Part shown: positions 57,330 through 61,326 of the stretch, piece after piece
How positions within the stretch are numbered: the first letter of the stretch is position 1
Layout: the number at the start of each line of letters is the position of its first letter
Source: Pseudomonadota bacterium
Lineage (GTDB): Bacteria > Pseudomonadota > Alphaproteobacteria > Sphingomonadales > SMXR01
Length of the DNA stretch: 61,326 nt
Direction: 5' to 3'
Assembly: GCA_022566215.1 (NCBI GenBank)
Contig: JADFJJ010000006.1
Location: forward strand, 1-61,326
Translations under genes and position numbers: made by a program
Notes under the pieces: generated by a model
What the model saw: only the letters and a program-made list of their open reading frames with translations
The model's database searches: none
What the model was told of the DNA's origin: nothing

Positions 57330-58229
57330 CTACGGGTTAATGTAGTGGCATCCTTCGCCGCCATGGTAAAAACCGTTTGAAAAGGCAACGTTCCCGGAAA
57401 GGGTTTCGAGCTGGTTTTGCCCCTCCCCGGGATCTAGCCTGTGATCCAGAACCTGGCGAAAGATTTGTGCAACCCCTACCATATCCACATCCTGGGGCGA
57501 CAAACGAAAACGGTAAACGCCGATATCCTGAAGCTCTCGAAGTTCTGCCAGCAAGCTGACGTAACTGTGGGACATGGTCTGAATTCCGTTGATGGTTAAA
57601 AACCCGTCACCCTCCAGTGTTTCAACGCTTCTGCCGTCGGGATCCTGATCACACACAAACTGGCACCCGTCTTTATGCAAGCTGTGCAGGCGCGCGTGGT
57701 AACACCGGGCCGATAATGCCAGCGGCATACGGCCAAAAACCTGAAGTTCCAACGGAACAGTGCTGTGTTCCGCCAAAATGCGGATAGACCTGGAAGGCAA
57801 CTCACAAGTCAGGCAAATCCGGTCAGCGCCGCAGCCAATCAGATAATCCATGGTTGCTTCGTTATAGACATTGATAAACGGACCAACCGCAAAGCGGCGG
57901 CCTTTGAGGCAGGATATGGCCGAGGTGTCATTGGCTTCAATATAAAATTCGGGCTTCTGGCTCAGCGCGTAAATGGCGCTTACTTCGCGTTCGTTCATGA
58001 CCAGCGCCAGCGTGGAAAATATAACTTCTTTGCCGGAGGCTTCCAATCGTTCGGCAATATCCGGAATTAGTCCTTCATAAAAAGGCAGGCGTTTTGAGCA
58101 AATGACCTCGCCCAGGCAAACGGTATCCACCGGCGCCTGATCGGCGATGCGAAAGTAAAAGTCGCGCAGTTTTTCAGGCGCCCAGTTAAAGAACACCGGC
58201 CCCAGGGTCAGTTTGCTGGTTGTTTCCAT
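57330..58229 (-). CDS. ubiV: O2-independent ubiquinone biosynthesis protein UbiV (U32 family)
   Basis: LGEVICSKR, SARCYHAR...DGCQFVC, NGIQTMS and FRLSP motifs. Confidence 0.92.
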   Translation of the reverse strand: METTSKLTLGPVFFNWAPEKLRDFYFRIADQAPVDTVCLGEVICSKRLPFYEGLIPDIAERLEASGKEVIFSTLALVMNEREVSAIYALSQKPEFYIEANDTSAISCLKGRRFAVGPFINVYNEATMDYLIGCGADRICLTCELPSRSIRILAEHSTVPLELQVFGRMPLALSARCYHARLHSLHKDGCQFVCDQDPDGRSVETLEGDGFLTINGIQTMSHSYVSLLAELRELQDIGVYRFRLSPQDVDMVGVAQIFRQVLDHRLDPGEGQNQLETLSGNVAFSNGFYHGGEGCHYINP

Positions 58230-58239
58230 TGTCACGTTT

Positions 58240-59229
58240 CTATTTCCATGATTTTTTATAAACACCAGCGGTCTGGCGCTGGCCTTCGGCGATCATCTCA
58301 AGCCCCGATGAGGGCATCATGTCTCCTTTTGCGGCAGCATCAACCATGCTGCGAATTTCCGGGATCAATTTCGAAAGATAGGCCTTGCCGCGCTGGCGGC
58401 CTTCAATTTTGATGGCGCAAACACCGGCCTCCATTAACGCCGGGATTAAATCCAGCGCATTAAGACTGGTAGGGTCTTCAAAAAGGTAGCTTGCTTTCCC
58501 CCCGGTGACGAACCGGCCCTTGCACAGGGTGGGATATCCGGCGGCCTCCCCCGCCTTGAAAGCATTGATAATATAGCCGCCAAGGCGCGAGATCAGTTGC
58601 CCCCCCTCCTCGGAATAACGCACATGGCTGGCGGGGGAGCAAACCCCTTCCTTATTCGGGGAAATGCCGGTAATATAGGACGACAGGCTGCACCGCCCCT
58701 CAGCCATGGGACAAAGACCGCCGAAGATAAAGACCTCGGTTTCGATGTTGATTTCCTGGTTCAGCTCCGTAATTTCCCCGACCGTCAGAACCCGCGGCAA
58801 AACCACGCGGCTGATACCAAACTCTTGTTGGTAAAACTTAATTGCCTGAGCGGTACTGGCCGAGGCCTGAACCGACAGGTGGCGCCGTAATTGTGGCTGG
58901 TGTTTTACAGCATATTCCAGAACACCGATATCGGCCACGATGATAGCATCAACACCGCAGGCGGCGGCATCGTCTACCGCGCGAAACCACGCTATCATGT
59001 TGCCTGCCGTGGCATACGTGTTGATAGCCACCAACACCTTCCGCCCCCGGTCATGGGTGAAGCGGACGGCCTCTGACAGCTCACTCCGGCTGAAATTCAG
59101 CCCCGGAAAGTTACGGGCATTTGTTTCGTCGCGAAAGCCCAGATAAATTGAATCTGCACCGGCATCTATTCCCACCTTCAAGGCTGCCGGTGTTCCTGCC
59201 GGGCAAACGATTTCAAGCGGCGAATTCAT
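58240..59229 (-). CDS. ubiU: O2-independent ubiquinone biosynthesis protein UbiU (U32 family)
   Basis: CPAG, TNARNFPGLNF, LCPMAEGRCSLSS, YPTLCKGRF and KIEGRQR motifs. Confidence 0.94.
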   Translation of the reverse strand: MNSPLEIVCPAGTPAALKVGIDAGADSIYLGFRDETNARNFPGLNFSRSELSEAVRFTHDRGRKVLVAINTYATAGNMIAWFRAVDDAAACGVDAIIVADIGVLEYAVKHQPQLRRHLSVQASASTAQAIKFYQQEFGISRVVLPRVLTVGEITELNQEINIETEVFIFGGLCPMAEGRCSLSSYITGISPNKEGVCSPASHVRYSEEGGQLISRLGGYIINAFKAGEAAGYPTLCKGRFVTGGKASYLFEDPTSLNALDLIPALMEAGVCAIKIEGRQRGKAYLSKLIPEIRSMVDAAAKGDMMPSSGLEMIAEGQRQTAGVYKKSWK

Positions 59230-59900
59230 GATATTATTTCTCTGCCAGAACGGGTTTTGGCAGTTTTTTCCAAATCATGAACCCGCCCCTGAAGCGATTT
59301 AAACTCATCCCCCTGTGCCGCCGTTTTCTGTTGAATAGGTCTGAAAGCGGCGTTGCGAAAAACTTCAAGATCGTCGTCTAAGCGATTAAATATGCGGCCC
59401 ATTATTCCGACCGAGGCTTGCAGGGGTTTTGCAAAAAGTCCCAAGCTGCCGAAAATGTCGTCCATAAGATTAATATCCGAGGCATCAATGGCATTGCGCA
59501 AGATCAGAACGGCTTCGGTGTCCCCCTCGATAACCAGATCGCGTGAGAAGGCCAGCGCATCGCCGTCGCACTTTCCTTCCAGCAATCCTATGAGCTGTAG
59601 GAAAGACGAACGGATGGTTGCAACCGGCTTCACCTTTGACGGATCACTAATGGTGCGCAAACTGGGGTGTTTTGGGCCTGGACGCAGCAAGAACGCAAAA
59701 GGCAAATCAATCGGATCAATCAAAAAGACCGGATCATCTAGCTCGGCCAACCGCTCAAATATCTCGGGGTGCCGGTTTCTCATGATCACCAAAGCGCGCC
59801 CCAACAGCGGGTTCAGCAGCGCCGGCGGCAGGGGTCTTAATGCCAGCCCCAAAAGCAGGACCGGTGAGAACGGCGGTGAAAATTGTTTGCTGAATGTCAT
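59226..59900 (-). CDS. ubiT: SCP2-domain ubiquinone accessory factor UbiT
   Basis: DGDALAFSRDLVIEGDTEAVLILRNAID; ATGA overlap with ubiU. Confidence 0.9.
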   Translation of the reverse strand: MTFSKQFSPPFSPVLLLGLALRPLPPALLNPLLGRALVIMRNRHPEIFERLAELDDPVFLIDPIDLPFAFLLRPGPKHPSLRTISDPSKVKPVATIRSSFLQLIGLLEGKCDGDALAFSRDLVIEGDTEAVLILRNAIDASDINLMDDIFGSLGLFAKPLQASVGIMGRIFNRLDDDLEVFRNAAFRPIQQKTAAQGDEFKSLQGRVHDLEKTAKTRSGREIIS

Positions 59901-60021
59901 GTGTTATCCAACGCCCTGGGTTCAAATCTTAATAACCCCACCTGGGCGGCACCCTGACCGACGCCCTGGTCTGCAGCCTGGCTTTCATCAAAGCACTTAA
60001 AAGAAGCTGGCCACCGTGTCC

Positions 60022-60035
60022 TTGATCTTAATCAA
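60022..60035. promoter_or_regulatory. FNR/FnrL-type box
   Basis: Perfect TTGAT-CTTA-ATCAA between divergent ubiT and the 60162 ORF. Confidence 0.88.
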
Positions 60036-60161
60036 GTAGTTCAGGACGGACTGCGAAAGACGGGTGGATTGCCGGTAAATATTTTATGACATTCTTGAGG
60101 CAAATCAAATTCAGAAATTTCCTTTTGCGGTAACCTTCATTTTTTTGCAGGAGAGCACTGC

Positions 60162-60971
60162 ATGATCGGGAAACGATCCACTGTCAACCTTGAAAAATAC
60201 ACTGTAAAAGACCTGAAAAATATGGTCGAAGCGGGCTTGAAAGTTGTTGAATGGCACAGATTTCTGGTCAAGAATAATGTACAACTTGTCAAAAATTTGC
60301 TGCCCAGGAAAGAGGCATTCTACCAATTTGATCTATCCCCCTCAAGCAATGCCGCCGGCTATGAAAGCCCCTCTCAGTTATCCTGCCACGCCCTCCGGAC
60401 CGGCAAACATGCGCACTTTCACATTTTTTTGCGGGATAAGACCATACCTCAAAATCACCGGTCAACCGGACGATTCGCAGTGAACGGCACGGATCAGCAT
60501 AACGGCAAAATCTGCCACCTTTTTGCTATTTCCATGGATCCTTACGGAATTCCAATCCGCCTTTTCACAACCAACCTGTCGATCACCGGAGAGAATTGGC
60601 GCCCGGCCCGGGATATTTTAACCAAGGCTGAACGTTTCCAGTTCGACCCCGCCCAGCCGTCCTGGGTGGTGAGCCGGTGGGTGACTGCCATGTTGCGCTT
60701 GTTTCGACCCCAAATCAGGGAAATGTTGGAGGAAAGAGATAGGGCCGTTGCAAAATGGAAAAGAAAACGCGCAGGCAAATACATTTTTGGAAATTGGGAG
60801 CTTTGTTTTTCTTCAATAAAGGAGATTTCCATTGAGGAACAAAACGATGCTCTGCTGAAAGAGTTGTCCAAACGCCTGGTCACCCACAGCAGTAATATGA
60901 GGGTTGGCAAACAAAGAAATCCTGGGGCAAGGCCGCAGGACCGGACAAACATCAACAAAACCTGCACTTGA
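60162..60971 (+). CDS. Hypothetical protein, DUF6969-like, possibly degenerate
   Basis: HAHFHIF, HLFAISMDPYGIPIRLFTTN and LFRPQIREMLEERD motifs; SD GGAGAG; family call is from memory. Confidence 0.6.
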   Translation: MIGKRSTVNLEKYTVKDLKNMVEAGLKVVEWHRFLVKNNVQLVKNLLPRKEAFYQFDLSPSSNAAGYESPSQLSCHALRTGKHAHFHIFLRDKTIPQNHRSTGRFAVNGTDQHNGKICHLFAISMDPYGIPIRLFTTNLSITGENWRPARDILTKAERFQFDPAQPSWVVSRWVTAMLRLFRPQIREMLEERDRAVAKWKRKRAGKYIFGNWELCFSSIKEISIEEQNDALLKELSKRLVTHSSNMRVGKQRNPGARPQDRTNINKTCT

Positions 60972-60981
60972 GAGACTTATC

Positions 60982-61269
60982 ATGAAACAATGCACAACCT
61001 TGGAAGAGGTCCGTAGCGAGATTGACCAGATCGATAGGGGGGTCGTCGTGTTGATCACCGAGCGTCTCGAATACGTCCGCCAGGCCGGACATATCAAACA
61101 GAACCGCACCGAGATCCGCGACCCGGCGCGGGTCGATGACATTATCACCAAGGTAATGGCCGAGACGCGCCGCAGTGGCGGCAACCATAAACTCATGGCG
61201 CTCATTTACCGGGTCATGGTTGAATGGTGTATCACCTACGAACTGGCCGTCTTTGATAACAGCAGATGA
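60982..61269 (+). CDS. Chorismate mutase type II / isochorismate-pyruvate lyase-like protein
   Basis: CTTLEEVRSEIDQID...ERLEYVRQAGHIK...RDPARV. Confidence 0.88.
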   Translation: MKQCTTLEEVRSEIDQIDRGVVVLITERLEYVRQAGHIKQNRTEIRDPARVDDIITKVMAETRRSGGNHKLMALIYRVMVEWCITYELAVFDNSR

Positions 61270-61326
61270 ATACGCGGAGGATTTTGAGGGCGGGAACAAA
61301 ATTGAAGAACGCAGGATGCCGAAATT

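Overview
Chromosomal window of an alphaproteobacterium, inferred from the helicase-S4-fdxA-carD synteny, ialB, the TIGR02186/TauE pair and CtrA-type TTAA-N7-TTAAC boxes. It is mostly housekeeping: tRNA-Arg(CCT), lutABC, divergent bioBA/bioFD, a beta-oxidation operon, oxyR-dps-peroxiredoxin, and ubiTUV behind a perfect FNR box. Accessory parts include an AMP-phosphorylase-like/PRPP synthetase/YgjP operon, tandem VPS10-type beta-propeller proteins, orphan Tad minor pilins, a lower-GC ddl-hydrolase-murF block and three sulfotransferase-like genes. No transposase, integrase, phage gene or CRISPR array was seen. The best new signal is absent from the ORF track: two paralogous 34-aa hydrophobic microproteins (44296-44400 and 46250-46354, minus strand). 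They are 20/34 identical with mostly synonymous codon differences, and each has a Shine-Dalgarno and a perfect CtrA-type box. Other notable signals are a secreted protein with 17 Tyr and 6 Cys in 34 residues, convergent with a sulfotransferase, and a modular MITE-like palindromic element family sitting just upstream of start codons. All product calls come from motif recognition by eye; no database search was run.
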